A stretch of 63,499 nucleotides of DNA, filler included, from Octopus bimaculoides (Eukaryota): the NCBI RefSeq assembly GCF_001194135.2. It is 5 parts of 5 records of this genome, joined end to end, with 100 filler letters (N's around TTAATTAATTAA, not from the genome) between each part and the next. Parts side by side here need not be neighbours in the genome. Positions count along the whole stretch, not along the records: positions 1 to 28,229 come from NC_068984.1; 4 more parts are not named here. One strand, given 5' to 3'. Position numbers and translations under genes: made by a program. Of this stretch, positions 1 through 13,935 are shown in pieces. The notes beneath the pieces were generated by a model that was not told where the DNA came from, searched no databases, and saw only the letters and a program-made list of their open reading frames with translations. Numbering within the stretch: the stretch's first letter is position 1; each line of letters opens with the position of its first letter.

Positions 1-66
<66 letters not shown>

Positions 67-100
67 GTGTGTGTGCGTGTGTGTGTGTGTGTATGTATGT
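1..100. repeat. compound (AT)n/(AG)n/(GT)n microsatellite
   Basis: Directly visible dinucleotide runs. Confidence 0.95.
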
Positions 101-995
101 GTGTGGATTCAGCTACTGCTTGTAACTGACTATAGTTAAAAATGTTCATTTCAAACCGAAATCAAGTCATATAAGCGTGGTTAATCTTAAGGACTATTTT
201 TAGTTCTTCTCATTAACTTAAATCAGGAGAAAACTAGTACTTTTAATTAAGATGAAATATCACCCAAACAGTTAAACCGACCATATTTGAAACTGTCGTC
301 ATTCAAAACTCTGCAATTAATTTGAACAACATTTGAAATTGTGTTTAAAAAAATAAATTACTATGAAATGGTAAAGTGGAAGATAATATCTAACGCGTAG
401 AATTTTGTATTTAAGAGTGCTTTTTGTTAAAGTCTGTTCAAATTTTCAGCAGAAGTCACTTAACTCGAAAGCAAAATGGAAAGAAAGAATTCAACAGTAG
501 AGTGAAAAATAAAAAATAAAAATATATAGAAAACTAAAACGCGTGTTTAGTCATATTTAGAGTCCACAACAAATGAACTAATTAGTAAGAATAACATTAT
601 CTTGAGTTTTATCGCTCTAGAATTTTCCTGAAATGATTCTCAAAGGTGTAGCTTCTGGCAATGTATCTGCTCTCTTAGTTTCCCTTGGTTATAATATGAA
701 CGTTTAATGTATTTGAAACCCACTAGAGGCAAATTGCCTCAAGAATACATTGACTATTCTTAAAAAGGAAAAAAAAAACATTCTTAGGTAAATAATTGTT
801 ACATAAATTTTTCACTGACATTTGTTTTATCTATTTATTTATTTTTAATACAAATCAAAATCTTTTGTCTTGCAACTTAGCTTAGTGAAAGTTTCAATTC
901 TCACTTTATCGCTGTTTTACACTTGACTTTTCATTAAACTTACAAACCCAGACACTAAGATTTCAAATTTACTGGTTACACAAGAGCTTTACTGA

Positions 996-1177
996 CTATT
1001 TCGCCGCCGGCGATTTCCGCCTATTTGCGCCCTGGAGTGAGACCATGTTAGGCGGAGTTGCCTGCAGCTTTATTGGTTCAGTACACGGAGGTAAAGAATT
1101 CTTCATTAGCAGGTATTGACAAGAAAACTGCTGTTTTACCAGTTCGTTTTTGTTGGCCAAAGGCTCAATCAACAATA
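996..1177 (-). CDS. candidate terminal coding exon of an unidentified gene (xLLIEPLANKNELVKQQFSCQYLLMKNSLPP...SPAAK*)
   Basis: Acceptor accctttgtcAG at 1178-1179 (minus). Only one frame stays open to TAG at 996; the other two stop within 4 codons. Phase 1 matches the exon at 2138-2177. Confidence 0.5.
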
Positions 1178-1309
1178 CTGACAAAGGGTTTTAAAAAGAA
1201 TTCAATAAACATTTTTAACTGTTCACTTTAAATGAGTATTGTTTTCTTTTTGTGGATATGTGATAAGGAGTTTCAAAATCCGAAATAATGAGTCGGCGTT
1301 ATGTTAAAA

Positions 1310-1440
1310 AGCGCTAGCACAGCATGAGGTTAAAATGTTTATTTCGTAGCCATGTTGGTCTGGGTTCGATCCCACAGCGCATCACCTTGGACAAACATAG
1401 GGATGAGTGCTTTCTGGTATGTTTCTGCATGTGTGCGCGC

Positions 1441-1514
<74 letters not shown>

Positions 1515-1640
1515 CTGTGTGTCTGTCTGGATTCGCTTACATCGGTGGAAGAGTATGTCGAATTGCACCCTATTACATCAAAAGGTATCTTAGCCTATCG
1601 ATATGTAGGGACCTAGAAAATAAGTACCCGCCTGAAATTA
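1310..1640 (+). mobile_element. degenerate SINE (family A-like) with internal (TG)n
   Basis: tRNA-like head (gggttcgatcccacagcgcatcaccttggacaa), internal TG run and an aataagtac-like tail. Confidence 0.55.
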
Positions 1641-2137
1641 GTAGTGGAATTGACACGTTCGACTTAAATTCTCGATAGCGATTCCTGAATTTGGCCGCTA
1701 TCGAATGAATGAAACCATTTAAAGAGGAAATGCGTGAGTGTTTGTTTGAGCGCGCGCGTATGTGTGGGTGTCACGCTCGGTAACAAGACATAATTACTCC
1801 GCAGTGGTTACCTCATATTTAGTCTTAGCCACGAAATCTTCACAGCAACGCTAATATAAATTATGAATAATTTGGGGCTTCGATGTATGTCTTTACAAGA
1901 AGAATTCAGTCAACATGATACGACAAAATGTATGTGATTTTATTTCAAAGGAACGTTCTATTTCGAACATTCTGTTTCTCGTCAGGTTGTGTACAAAAAA
2001 AAAAGGGAAACCCGAATCCTCTATGACAAAGAATATAAAGTAGTCAATCGCGTTAGTTGAGATATAAAACGGCTCGGAACAAACAGATGTAGCCAAAATA
2101 AAACATTGTGTGTGTGTGTATGTGTGTGAATTTTTAC

Positions 2138-2177
2138 CATCTAACCGTGGTGCATGAGATAGGACACGGCTCCATGA
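2138..2177 (-). CDS. candidate 40-nt internal exon (SWSRVLSHAPRLD)
   Basis: Perfect TACTAAC branch point upstream, first downstream AG used, donor ATG|gtaaaa. Phase 0 to 1 joins in frame to exon 996-1177 (RLD|VLLIEP). Confidence 0.4.
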
Positions 2178-2352
2178 CTGACAATTTTTCAAAACACGGT
2201 GAATATCCAACGGTGTTAGTAAATCAGTTACAAGCATAGAACAAAGAAAACTAAGCGTTAGAGATAAAAATCACAATGCTATTCACATGCATTTGTGTGT
2301 GTGTACGTACACAAACAGATATATGCGTATAATACATATCTATATGTTAATA

Positions 2353-2483
2353 TACAGGTTGGCACAAAAGTTGTGCACTAGTAAAATAATGAATATTATG
2401 TAAATAAGATAAAAGATTATCGTATCTCATATAAACGGTTTTCTCGTGATTAGGGTAGTGCGTGGCTTTTGCACCACCCCATA
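2353..2483. mobile_element. short Tc1/mariner-type MITE
   Basis: Imperfect TIRs TAcaggttggcacaaaag and cttttgcaccaccccaTA with TA ends. Confidence 0.4.
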
Positions 2484-2486
2484 TAT

Positions 2487-2935
<449 letters not shown>

Positions 2936-4641
2936 TGTAACGATTTCTCTTAAAACTTGTAACCAACATACGAGATAAATGCTAAAAAAATCTTGTGATA
3001 TCACAGTTCAAATTTTGGGAGTAAGATATTGTAAATCCATTTAAATTGCTTACATTGATGTGTTAAACATCATAAAGAAAACCAAATATCAGGACTTGGT
3101 CGATGAGCCTTTTTTCAAGGGACAGTATGCCCCCTCATTACCTACTGAAGACGGTTCGTATTTCCTGCAGATTTGTCTAGAACCCCCCCCAAAGCTGAAG
3201 AAAGCCAACAAGGAGATAGGTATGGCAGCTAAAATCAGCTCAAAGTGGCTGTAGTTGACAAGAGACGCAGGTGGAACCCTTTCGTTGGCGTAGGCAAAAT
3301 CAGTCTATGCTACCCCACTCAGGTGAAGCGTACAGCCAAAGGAGCGAAGTACTTGTGACCACAAGATACCTGACGATGATACAGAAGGTTTTCCGACATT
3401 GCGATGGATTCAGACAAATGGCATGCAATACCTCTGTGTAAGCTCTTGCGTAGAGCAAATATTTCCAATGTTTATTTGGCCTTTATCTCATCTTATTTCA
3501 CGTAATGAAATTATTGTTAATATGTGTTGAACACCGTAGAATAAGAGATAATATTTTGGCAAACCGAGAGCGCAACGTAGTCTTAATCTTTTGTTGAAAC
3601 CACTTCATTTACGCTGCTACTGACATTGGAAATGATGTGAGCGTCATATTTCTTAATTCCTGCCTTTTAAGACATGGAAATCTTTGTACTCAGTAAGAAA
3701 AGAATCAATAACATCATTTTGATAATAGTAAAAAAGCCTCAAGGAAGAAACTCTCAGGTCTCTAATTCATTAGCTAGTTAGGGTAGTTGGTTTAGTTTCC
3801 GCAACATTGTGATTTCAAAACCTAACAAAGTTGACTTTCATTTTCGACATCTTTAGGTCAACGAGTACAGTAATATATTGGTATCGATTCGATTGACTAA
3901 AACACTCCTCGTACAAATTTGTGGCCAACTTCAAATATAACAAAGAAAATCAATATTTTGAAAATAACTATGACGATAATTATAGTGTTTTATGGTTTAG
4001 TGAGAAGAGGAAACCATGAAAGACTGGTGAGATCGACATGGTTTATGTTCGGTTGAAACGTGACTGTAAATCGATATCTGCAAGGTGGGGTGAGAACTTA
4101 GCCAAGAAGGAATAACCAGATGGCAGAAACGATAGGGAGGAAGGATTGGGTATTATGGCTGGTGTGATACCTGAGATGAGATACCGTTAGAGCGAAGGCG
4201 AACTAGGTCTGTCAGGTAGACCTGATTGGAGATGCTATGCAACAAGCTAGTTAATAAAAGAACAGGATTGTAGTACCAATAGAAACTATGTGATAGATAA
4301 AGAAACAAACAACAAACAAGACGAGGACAAATATCCGTCAATTGTAAATAATGTAAATAATGTAAATAATGTAAATAATGTACATAATCCCTCAGCTCTT
4401 AAATATAGAACTGTAAAGAAACAGACCAATAACATAGTTACAAATACAAATCAGTAAACAAAATGCAGTGCAATATATACAAATCAAAGAAGTTTTATAG
4501 TCGCTGGAGATAAAAATTTAACACAGCTTAATCCCAAAAATAAGCATCAGTACTTTAGGTGTCCTAGTAATAAGTTATGATATCCCAAGTGGATATTGAA
4601 TGAACTAAGCTGTCAAGAGAAAGAGAGAGAGAGAGAGAGAG

Positions 4642-4690
<49 letters not shown>

Positions 4691-5475
4691 TAGAATACAC
4701 TCTCCAAAATCTGATTAAGAAAGATTATATTCACCCACAAAACAGAACTATAAGAGCCTCAAGCTAAGAGAAATCATTGTGTTGGTAGGAAAACTTATAC
4801 AAATAAATACAAAATATGAAGGAAAAAATTATCTCAAAGGAAACCAATAAATACAAAACGGTGAATGAAAAATAAGAGATGATTGTGTGGAAAACAGAAA
4901 AGCAAATATGAAAATAGACGGACGTGTCGAATAAACACCTCAACTTTTTTGTCTCAAAACTTTTTTAGATTCTCGTTTTCGAGAAGAGAGATTTTGGTTT
5001 TGCATCCTCACCCTCTCCACAAAAATCTGGTGGGTCACACCTTAATGTTGGTCATTCAACATACTGAAATAAATCACCAAATCTTCATTTCTTAGTCTTT
5101 TATTATAGTTCCATTTAAGCAATATTTTTTCTTGGAGGGAAAGAGTCTGAGGATGTTGTGAGGAGTGAAAAAGGAGTGAGGAGCACAAATCACCATGTTA
5201 AAAAAAAAATTAAAGCCATATTTTTCTCTATCAAAAGAAAGAAATTTGAAAAGCAGAACCTAAGAAAAAGTACAAAATCAGATGCACCTCCAGTGAAGAG
5301 GAGATGCTCTCCGGTGAGGAAAGACCCATCTCCTATAAAAGAGAGCCTATTTCTGGCGAAGAGGAATCCCTCTCAGACAAGGGGGGGGGGTTTCTCTTCT
5401 CAAGAGGAGACTATTATCCTGCAGGGGTGGGGGGAATCCATTTCCCCGCTGGATGCAATAAAGTATACAACCTTA

Positions 5476-5625
5476 AGGTGGCGAGTCGGCAGAATCGTGA
5501 GCACATCGGACAAATACTTAGCAGCATTTTTTCTGGTTCTTTATGTCCTCAATTCAAATCCATCCGAGGTTTAGTTTGCTTTTCATCTCTTCAGGGTACA
5601 TAAAATAAGTACCAGTCATGTAGTG
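5476..5625 (+). mobile_element. SINE family B fragment (tRNA-derived)
   Basis: ggtggcgagtcggcagaatcgtgagcac...caattcaaatcc, similar to the copy at 30022-30255. Confidence 0.7.
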
Positions 5626-7119
5626 GAGTGCTGTTAAGATATTTTCACACAACATTTGAACGCACAACATTATTTGAAACCATGAACACTCTCGTTAACT
5701 TTGATCATTCGTGTTAACGCCACATAGCACCATGTTCGTCCGTCGCAGCGACGAGGACCCTCTAAAAATGCTTCCGGATGACTGATGATTTACGCGATAA
5801 CTTTTATTAAAGTGAAGACGAGTTGCGCACTGTCAACCTCACTTTCTCGTCCGTGACCGTCTTCAATTCAGGGACAAGATCAGATCAAGACAAGTAATGA
5901 TGGAGACAGATGTTGTGGACGACCAAAAATGTCTTACTTGTCTCATCTTACTCGCTGCACTCCACAATGCATTGCTGCAGTCGCCTTCCTCTCACTTGAA
6001 GCATTAATGTTTCTTCCGCAGTAACTCTGTATATTTCTATGTCGAATACTTCCACTAAATATTCTTGATAAACAGAAAGATTTTTCTTAGCTGCGAGAAT
6101 CCTAAACCTTGACCACTTCAACGTATGTTTAAGAATATACACCCATTTTTTATTCCAAGAAAGAAATGTTTTGGCATTTTTCAAACCTCAAATTATAGAG
6201 AAAATGACTCACGCAACTTACAGTTGTTACCCAATGATATAACTCTCCTCATGGTCCATAGTCTGTGTTTGAATCTAAAATATAAGACTCATCACAGTAC
6301 ATATCCTACACAGTCGCTGTCCGTAACTAAAGTACATTAACACCAATCACATAAAACATATGAAACACTAACTACTCTACAAAAGAGTTTCAAATCGTCC
6401 GGACAATAGATGAAATACTAAAATAAGTCTAGATACATTAAAAGAAATCTCATAACAAAGCAAAACCGATGTTGTATACAAATTACAATTTTATATCCCT
6501 AAAATATAATGTACACAACAGATAAACACGGTGGTGCAACTGGTGGTGCCACAGAAACTCGCATAAAACTGTTGAAAACATTATGTTCGAAAATACAAAT
6601 ATTAAGAGAACCGGGAACGTTTAAGATGAGAGAACGCTACTTGACAGCTCTGATAAATATCCATTAACACCGATAAAATAACAACGAATCAAATGGAAAA
6701 AAAATGACGGAAACGTTGAAGAATAACGGCGTAATTAATACTTGTAAAATTTATTGATCTTTACCTCATATAATTAATGTATTACAAATGTTCGTATTGA
6801 CCGGCGTTCGGATACCACGTGTAAATAAACTAAACACGGGTCATATTAGCAACAGACCGATTCAGTTTCCCCCTCCACTCACACACGCACATGCACAAAC
6901 ACAAAAGAGATGAACAATACAAATAAAAACCGTTTAATTCGCCCACAGTTAAACGAGGAATGTGTATTTTGAATTTGATGCATAAAATGCACGAAAAATG
7001 GAGCGTGCAAAACACTGCATCGACGGAATCAAATATACTGGTACCAGACGAAAAACGAAACTGATGACAATCTAAATAAAAGGTGGAATTTACGCATCAA
7101 ATCTCGCAAATAAAACAGA

Positions 7120-9070
7120 AAAGGCATAAATGAACACGAGATGAATGTTTCTATTTTACATACATATTTTCCGTTACACTGCTCTCCCCACACCACCATC
7201 ACCACACAAAAAAATGAAACTACGACAATATACTCAAATAAAATTTGGAAGGTAAATAGCCCAGATCTAACTCTCAGTCCGAAGAAACCAGTTAACTTAA
7301 GATGGTACATTCGCAAGATGAATGAAATATCAAAAATTAGAATAGAACATTTAAAAAAAAGACTACATTACGAAAACACAAGTAACGAACACAAAACAAT
7401 TAACAACAATAAAAAGTTTGAGAACGTAAACCATGAAGTTAGAATTAACACGTGCAAAACGAATAAAGTTAATAATAAAACACGACAAAACCAAATGCTA
7501 CAACTACTTACATAATACTGACCAACAAAACCGGGACTAGAACAATATAAACATAAATAAAAGGAAATATAAGGAACATTTACGAATAGGAAATTCTAAA
7601 GGTGGAAATCATAATCATGACAATCTAAAGGTAGAAATAATTCAATAATTACGAACAATAGATCTTCCTATAGACCAATGAAAGTACTTCCTAAGGCTAA
7701 AACTTCTCAATAAAATAGCAACAATATGAAAAACGAAAGCTTAGCCTTCATTGATTTAATTAAAACAGTTACAAACATCAAAATCACCAGTCTAAATGAA
7801 ATAATGTATGCAGCAACTACGTTAGTTACAAAGGAAAGTGTGCACTCCATCAGATCTATTCATAAAATTTTAAAACTTAAGTATAAAAAAAAACCAGCAA
7901 GGAAAAAATACACAGAAAACGACAGAAAACAAAAAAGATCCTTCGTGATATCAATAACTAAGAGACATGACCACAAAAATAGAACCACATACTAGAAAAA
8001 TATACCAAGAAAACAAAATATTTTAAACAAGCAATTCTCGTTAACTAACAAAGTATCTGTCGGTATGAAAAGTGACAACGATTCTTTGTATATAACAAAC
8101 AGTTCTACTTCAACCCAAGACGATTTTACCAAGAAATAGTTTTTAAAAAAATAGGAATCAGATCAGTAATAACAGCAAAAGAATTGGAAGAATTCTAGGT
8201 AAAGATATATGAAACGAGAGACCCGTCCGTTATTTTGGCTGAGATTGTTCAAAACAACGAATACAGCACCTGAACAATCGTGGAAGTAGCTCAGACTCAA
8301 CAAGACAAATAAGTGGAAGGTACTGGGAAATAAGACCTCAAACTACGAGGTAAAATATTCACTAGGGACACATAAAGTGCACAAATATACTCAATAACAC
8401 ACGGAATGACTCAGTGACAACACCTGAGAAGAAACCATATTAATCTCAAATACGGAAAGTCTTAAAAGTTACTATCCTATATAACGTGCTACCGAGTATA
8501 TTACGAAGCATTAACTGCAATACCACAGAGAATAAACATTTGAAAATAAAAAAATATTTCAAAAGGGAAGAAGGGTTTAACGATGTGAAGACTGTAGAAA
8601 GAGTTTGAACTGGTATAGATTGATTACCCGAAGGCTTTTGATCCTAAAAATGCTAGACTTGAGAAATATATTGAGCCTGTCAACAGTAAATGTCAAACAA
8701 GTCTACAAATACAAAGTAAGGAATTATATAAGTTGCATCTCTATTAGAAGAATATTCGAAAAGGACTCCATTCCTTTTCTACCAGGCACAGAAAAGGCTG
8801 GGGAATAGTAATTAAACCAAATTAGGCTCAGTTACAAATATTATGGGAGAACAATCAGCCACCTTAGTTGACCTCAAGTTGGACGTTGTAGATCGATAGA
8901 CAACTGCAAATACTACTACAAATGGTACAGAATTACCAGAGAAATTGTTATGAGATTCGAAGAATATTCCGTTTTTTTTTTCAATAGATCCAACAGTTCC
9001 TCCTTGGCTACTTGAAAGACTAAATCTCATGCAGTTCGAGGGGAGATAGAATCCTGTTTGAGTATCTTGC
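7120..9070 (+). mobile_element. decayed R4/Dong-clade non-LTR retrotransposon ORF (N-terminus through RT)
   Basis: Frameshifted motifs in the correct order: IMYAATT; RYEK*QRFF..NKQFYFNPRRFYQEI (~8061-8140); TILI..SYYPITC; IDYPKAFD (8619-8642); IRRIFEKDS; ISHL/VDLKL; EYL. Confidence 0.8.
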
Positions 9071-9129
9071 TTTTAGTTTAGGTTCACTTTTGTGTATGTG
9101 TGTGTGTGTTTTTTTCTTTTTTTCGTTAT

Positions 9130-10345
9130 CCCAGATAGTTTTCCGCACCTGTACATTCCTCGTTTGTTTATCATCGTCTTGCGACGAAGAGGTGGAACAA
9201 CCAGAAGGAGACTCCTTCGATTTCCTGATCGCTGCCTCCTGGTAATGAAGACAAGGACAGATTTCCAGCTATCCTCAAAGAAATGACTAGTAGTGTTCTG
9301 GAAAGTTTCTATGTCTTGCTATTGTTGTTGTTGCTATTGCCGCTGGCTCTGCTGTTGATCGCCATTCGACTCTCTTTCACTGCTTTATTGAATTCTCTGG
9401 GAAAAATTCCACCAGGTGACTGTTACTGCTACGCTTACTGAAACTGAGCTTTCTGCTCTGCACTATCACTTTAATGACTTTTTATTCTGCATCCACAGTG
9501 AAGAATAACAGCTCCCGAATAACTTGGCAGCCTTCAGAATCAGCAGAACTTGCATATCCATATAGACTCCAACCGATCACGTATTATTCTTTGTTACAGC
9601 TACGCCTGCCACCAGCCTGTAGGCTTGAAACACCGGGAAAAACAAGTTCCGCTTCCAGTAACCGGGGCCCCGCCTATAAAGTTTATCTAGGTCGATTGTA
9701 CAAATTACAAATTTGTGATCTGGATTATGGACAACTTACGCTAACCCTACAAAAAACTCCATCTAGATTCGATCTAGAGTTTTCTACGAATTTTCTGTCT
9801 ACATGGGCGCATTTGGGAAAATGTAGTGGATATTTGTCAGTCAGCTGAAAACGGCTGAACAAGTTTGCAAGTTTTTTTCCACCTCCCTTTCCTATTTGGT
9901 AACCTCACATATTCTCTTCGTACATCGAAGATGCCGTTCCGATCATCCACGAGCACTAAAGGGTGAAACGTTCCAAGGAAGGCCTCCAAAGAAATTTAGC
10001 CGCCCCACCTCTGTCTGTAATAGGTTACAAGCTTAAAAGCATGCCCTTCACTGCTGGCCATGTCCAACATCACTGACTTCTGGATCCAGAAAGATAATCT
10101 GTATCCCAAGATCCAGCCTTTCCCGAAACAACTCAGCTACTCCACCACACATTTCCAGCAGACCTGGAGATACATCCAACTGTCAGCCACCAAAGATGAG
10201 CGCAAAATCTCGTGTCTTGGAAATCCTGGTCTCGCTAATAGCTACCACATCTACATTTGTGATCTAAAGTCGTTGAATAGGTGTTTCTGCTACCAAAGCG
10301 GTGTCTGGTCATATGCACTCACACCACCTATTCTAGTATAGCCAT
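9130..10345 (-). mobile_element. decayed Tx1/L1-type LINE ORF2, APE endonuclease and linker
   Basis: VDVVAISETR (10225-10254), IFLDPE, LVLVDDRN (GDFN-like), DHK (SDH-like) and GPGYWKRN (WKLN-like) in order on the minus strand. Confidence 0.8.
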
Positions 10346-10399
10346 GTTCGACAAGAGGGAGGAAAGTGAGAAGAGCTACTTTTCTTGAAACGATAGATC

Positions 10400-10900
10400 T
10401 TCCACCTTTCCGGATTTTTGTCGATGTTTCAACAAGCAGTTATTTATATTGATTTCTTTCTCCTATTCCCTTGAGATATTTTGTCTTCAATCTGTTATGT
10501 TTCTTGTTTCTTTTTTGTAATTTTACTGTGACCTGAGATATTATGTGATGGTGTGATGTAGTTATTGTGAGTAATATTTCTGTTGATATATATTTCGTTA
10601 CGTCATTATTGTTTGTGTCTATGGCCATGTAGTTGGTGATGCTTTTTGTCTCTTCGGCTATTTTTGATGAGATGAAATTTTGAATTCCTCAGTTCTGATA
10701 AAAAATAAAACCTGCTTCTAATTTTTTGCATGGGTTCGTGAACTCTTTTCCACTTCATTTGTAAGCTTCGGTATTTATTGTATCAAAATTTGTACTGTTA
10801 GTGGTGGAGGTTATGTCTGTTTCAATGTCCTCTCTGTCTTGTTTGTTCTTTGCTAATGCTTGTAGTGGTGTAAGGTATGGTGTTAGTAGAAGTGTTTGTT
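10400..10900 (-). mobile_element. possible R4/Dong N-terminal fragment
   Basis: Weak motif similarity (DVTKY..I..IT; QIEDKISQ) to the region preceding RT in R4/Dong ORFs; heavily degraded. Confidence 0.4.
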
Positions 10901-11214
10901 ATTCATACATTGACTGTTTAATGTAGCAGGTAATGGCAAAAATACTATTTTCATAATTTCTCTTCTAAAAACCATCTCTCTCGATTTGAGAAGCAGTATG
11001 ACATTTTTTTCAAAATCTATACATTTGCTTTTTAAAATAACGAAATTCGCCATAAAGACACAGAAATTTCACAAAGTTACCCAGCCCTAAAAGATACTAG
11101 TTGCCTTAATAACAAAATTGTACCACAAAAACCAAAGTAGTTTTGTTCAAAACAACAAAATTTTATAACTTACGGGCACCAAATCGACGTCTTTCACTTG
11201 CAAAACATATTAAC

Positions 11215-12240
11215 AATAATTAGTAATAATAATAATAATAATAATAATGGTAATAATATTGGTAAAATATTGAGAGCAATATAAAAGGACAAAAGACAAC
11301 AAAAAAGTGGGGTTTACATCAATCAAAACGAAAACAACAATATAGATACCACAAAAGATATAATAAAAATCATAAAAAACTAAAATTCCATCAAAACATT
11401 TCAACATGAAAAAATTTCCCCACAACGTGGCGGTCCACCTTAGATAATTCGTGAGAAATCCCCCACAAAATAGCCCGGATTACTCAACCATTTCGAATGC
11501 GCCGAAAGTGCCTTCTTTAAGCTTCTTTTCTATTACTTAGAAAAGCATATTCAGAGTAGGCCTACTTAAACTCGCCAGCTTTGAAACTGCCATTCACCTT
11601 TTCGATAAACACACTAGAAGGGATCACCTCTTTTTCAAGCGGTGCTTAAAGAAATTGATGACGGTTTGGCCAGATAGGAACATACTTATCTTCAGACGAG
11701 TCCAACACAAAATCTCTTTCACTACAGCTACCAAACAGAAAAGAATTTGCTTCCCTTCTTGCCAAAAGAAGGTGGAGTGTCGATCTTCACAACAGTCTCA
11801 GTGGACAGCCAGATTTGCCCAACATAAGACAGCAGCTATTCGACAAAAGCCCACTAGTCACTAAGGCACGGCTACTGAATGACCGTTCGTTCGCTTGCTT
11901 GCACCTCGGAAATGTTTGGTTGTTGGCACTTCCATGCCTCAAGAACTGCTCTTTCTTTTTCTTTTTTTTTTTCGAACAGATAAGGCCCCACTGAGGCACT
12001 ACCCTGTCAAGGGCTTTTGGAAGTTGCCCATAGTACCCCTACTTGAAAGTCCACCAGAACGGATTGTTTAGACTGTTTCGTCGCTATCGGCGTTTACATC
12101 CCAACAAACCCATACAGTTGTTTCTTGCGAATGTTTGTCCAGCTGGTGTAGTGTTGTAAGTGCGTGTTAGAACTCCAGGTACCAAGCATCCAGCCACGGT
12201 CTACTATTAGCCCATGATTTCAGCTCGGTCAAAGAGACGA
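11215..12240 (-). mobile_element. Tx1/L1-type LINE 3' end (ORF2 C-terminal cysteine motif, T-rich 3' UTR, (ATT)n)
   Basis: FQKPL..C..GALSVR..RHG..(C)PRC.QANE..H motif, then WAFVE..LS and VAVVKEILCWTRLK; followed by a T-rich UTR ending in an ATT repeat. Confidence 0.75.
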
Positions 12241-12264
12241 AGTGCGGAATAATGATAATAATAA

Positions 12265-12907
12265 TAATGGTTTCAAATTTTGGCAAAAGACCAGCACCGT
12301 TTTAGGGGAGGTGTTAGTCAATTATATCGGCTCCATTATCAAACTCGTGTTTTATTTTATCGACTCCAGAAGGATGGAAGGCAAAGTTGACTTCGGTGGA
12401 AGTTAAACTCAGATCATACAGAGCCAGAACAAATGCTACATAAACCTTTTCCGGCACTCTAACAATTCCGCCAGCTTATAAACACAAGGCCTAAAATGGG
12501 GGAGAGGAGGAAGTCGATTATATCTTCTCCAGTGATCAACAGGTACTTATTTATTTCATCGACACTAAAGGATCAAAGGCAAAGTCGACCTCGATGGCAT
12601 TTGAACTCAGAACGTAAAGACGGACGAAATGCCGCTAAGCATTTTGTCCGGCGTGCTAACGTTTCTGCCAGCTCGCTGTCTAAATAATAATTATTCTTAC
12701 TATTCTAGGCACAAGACCTGAAATTTTGTAGGAGGGAGCGAGCTGACTACATCTACCCAATGCTTAACTGGTACTTATTTTAGTGAGCCCGAAAGGATGA
12801 AAGGCAAAATCGGCCTCGGCGGAATTTTACTCAGAAGGTAAAGTTGGACGAAATATCGCTAAGCATTTTGTCCGTCGTGCTAACAACTCTGTCAGCTCTC
12901 TACCTTA
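12265..12907 (-). mobile_element. three tandem SINE family B copies (~12265-12475, 12490-12685, 12700-12907)
   Basis: Each contains ttattt..tcgac...gaaaggatgaaaggcaaa.tcg...ttgaactcaga...ctaagcatttt; AAT-rich spacers between some copies. Confidence 0.85.
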
Positions 12908-12926
12908 ATAATAATAATAATAATAA

Positions 12927-13000
<74 letters not shown>
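12905..13000. repeat. (AAT)n microsatellite
   Basis: Directly visible; runs toward the N gap. Confidence 0.95.
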
Positions 13001-13002
<2 letters not shown>

Positions 13003-13460
13003 TTGAAAATGATCCCCCCAGTANNNNNNNNNNNNNNNNNNNNNNNNNNNNNNNNNNNNNNNNNNNNNNNNNNNNNNNNNNNNNNNNNNNNNNNNNNNNN
13101 NNNNNNNNNNNNNNNNNNNNNNNNNNNNNNNNNNNNNNNNNNNNNNNNNNNNNNNNNNNNNNNNNNNNNNNNNNNNNNNNNNNNNNNNNNNNNNNNNNNN
13201 NNNNNNNNNNNNNNNNNNNNNNNNNNNNNNNNNNNNNNNNNNNNNNNNNNNNNNNNNNNNNNNNNNNNNNNNNNNNNNNNNNNNNNNNNNNNNNNNNNNN
13301 NNNNNNNNNNNNNNNNNNNNNNNNNNNNNNNNNNNNNNNNNNNNNNNNNNNNNNNNNNNNNNNNNNNNNNNNNNNNNNNNNNNNNNNNNNNNNNNNNNNN
13401 NNNNNNNNNNNNNNNNNNNNNNNNNNNNNNNNNNNNNNNNNNNNNNNNNNNNNNNNNNNA

Positions 13461-13730
13461 AACCCCAAAATGGCTGAAGTTCAAAAGATAGTGCTCATGG
13501 GAACTGCCCATATCCTACGTAAAATACTGTCTATGTGATCTCAAATTTTAAAGCAAACACATAATTTTCTTATGGTTTCTTAAACATTCACTTGAACAAA
13601 ACTGTACAAATCCAAATATATGGTACCCTAGGCATAACACCTACATGAACTTCTAACTTGTTGTCTCTTGAGGTCTCTGGGTGAGACTTGGATCCAACTT
13701 GTACAAATGCAAAACAAAAGTCAAACATAA
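13461..13730 (+). mobile_element. R4/Dong-like element 3' end, subfamily 1
   Basis: PKMAEVQKIVLMGTAHILRKILSM* followed by a 3' UTR (tctcttgaggtctctgggtgagacttgga) and an (AAT)n run. Confidence 0.8.
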
Positions 13731-13787
13731 AATAATAATAATAATAATAATAACAACAACAACAACAATAATAATAATAATAATAAT

Positions 13788-13935
13788 AATGCCCGGATGC
13801 AGTACCAGGCATTGGCTCTCATGGTTTCTGATCTTAATTGATTGGAAGTGTTATCATGTACATTGTTTTGTCTTGGTATAAAAGATGGGCTACAGCAAAT
13901 ATTCTGCTTAATACCACAGATTTGCTTGTCAGTTG
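13788..13935 (+). mobile_element. fragment of an interspersed repeat (gcccggatgcagtaccaggc...), class uncertain
   Basis: Recalled as a common octopus repeat; not verifiable from this window alone. Confidence 0.4.

Noticed and set aside
2120-2239. HEIGH (HExxH) metalloprotease motif on the + strand
   Set aside because: It sits in a ~39-aa ORF with no acceptor upstream; the opposite strand has a better supported exon.
5750-6400. Possible RTE-type LINE 3' end on the minus strand (RGRRLQ)
   Set aside because: Similarity too weak to call without an alignment.
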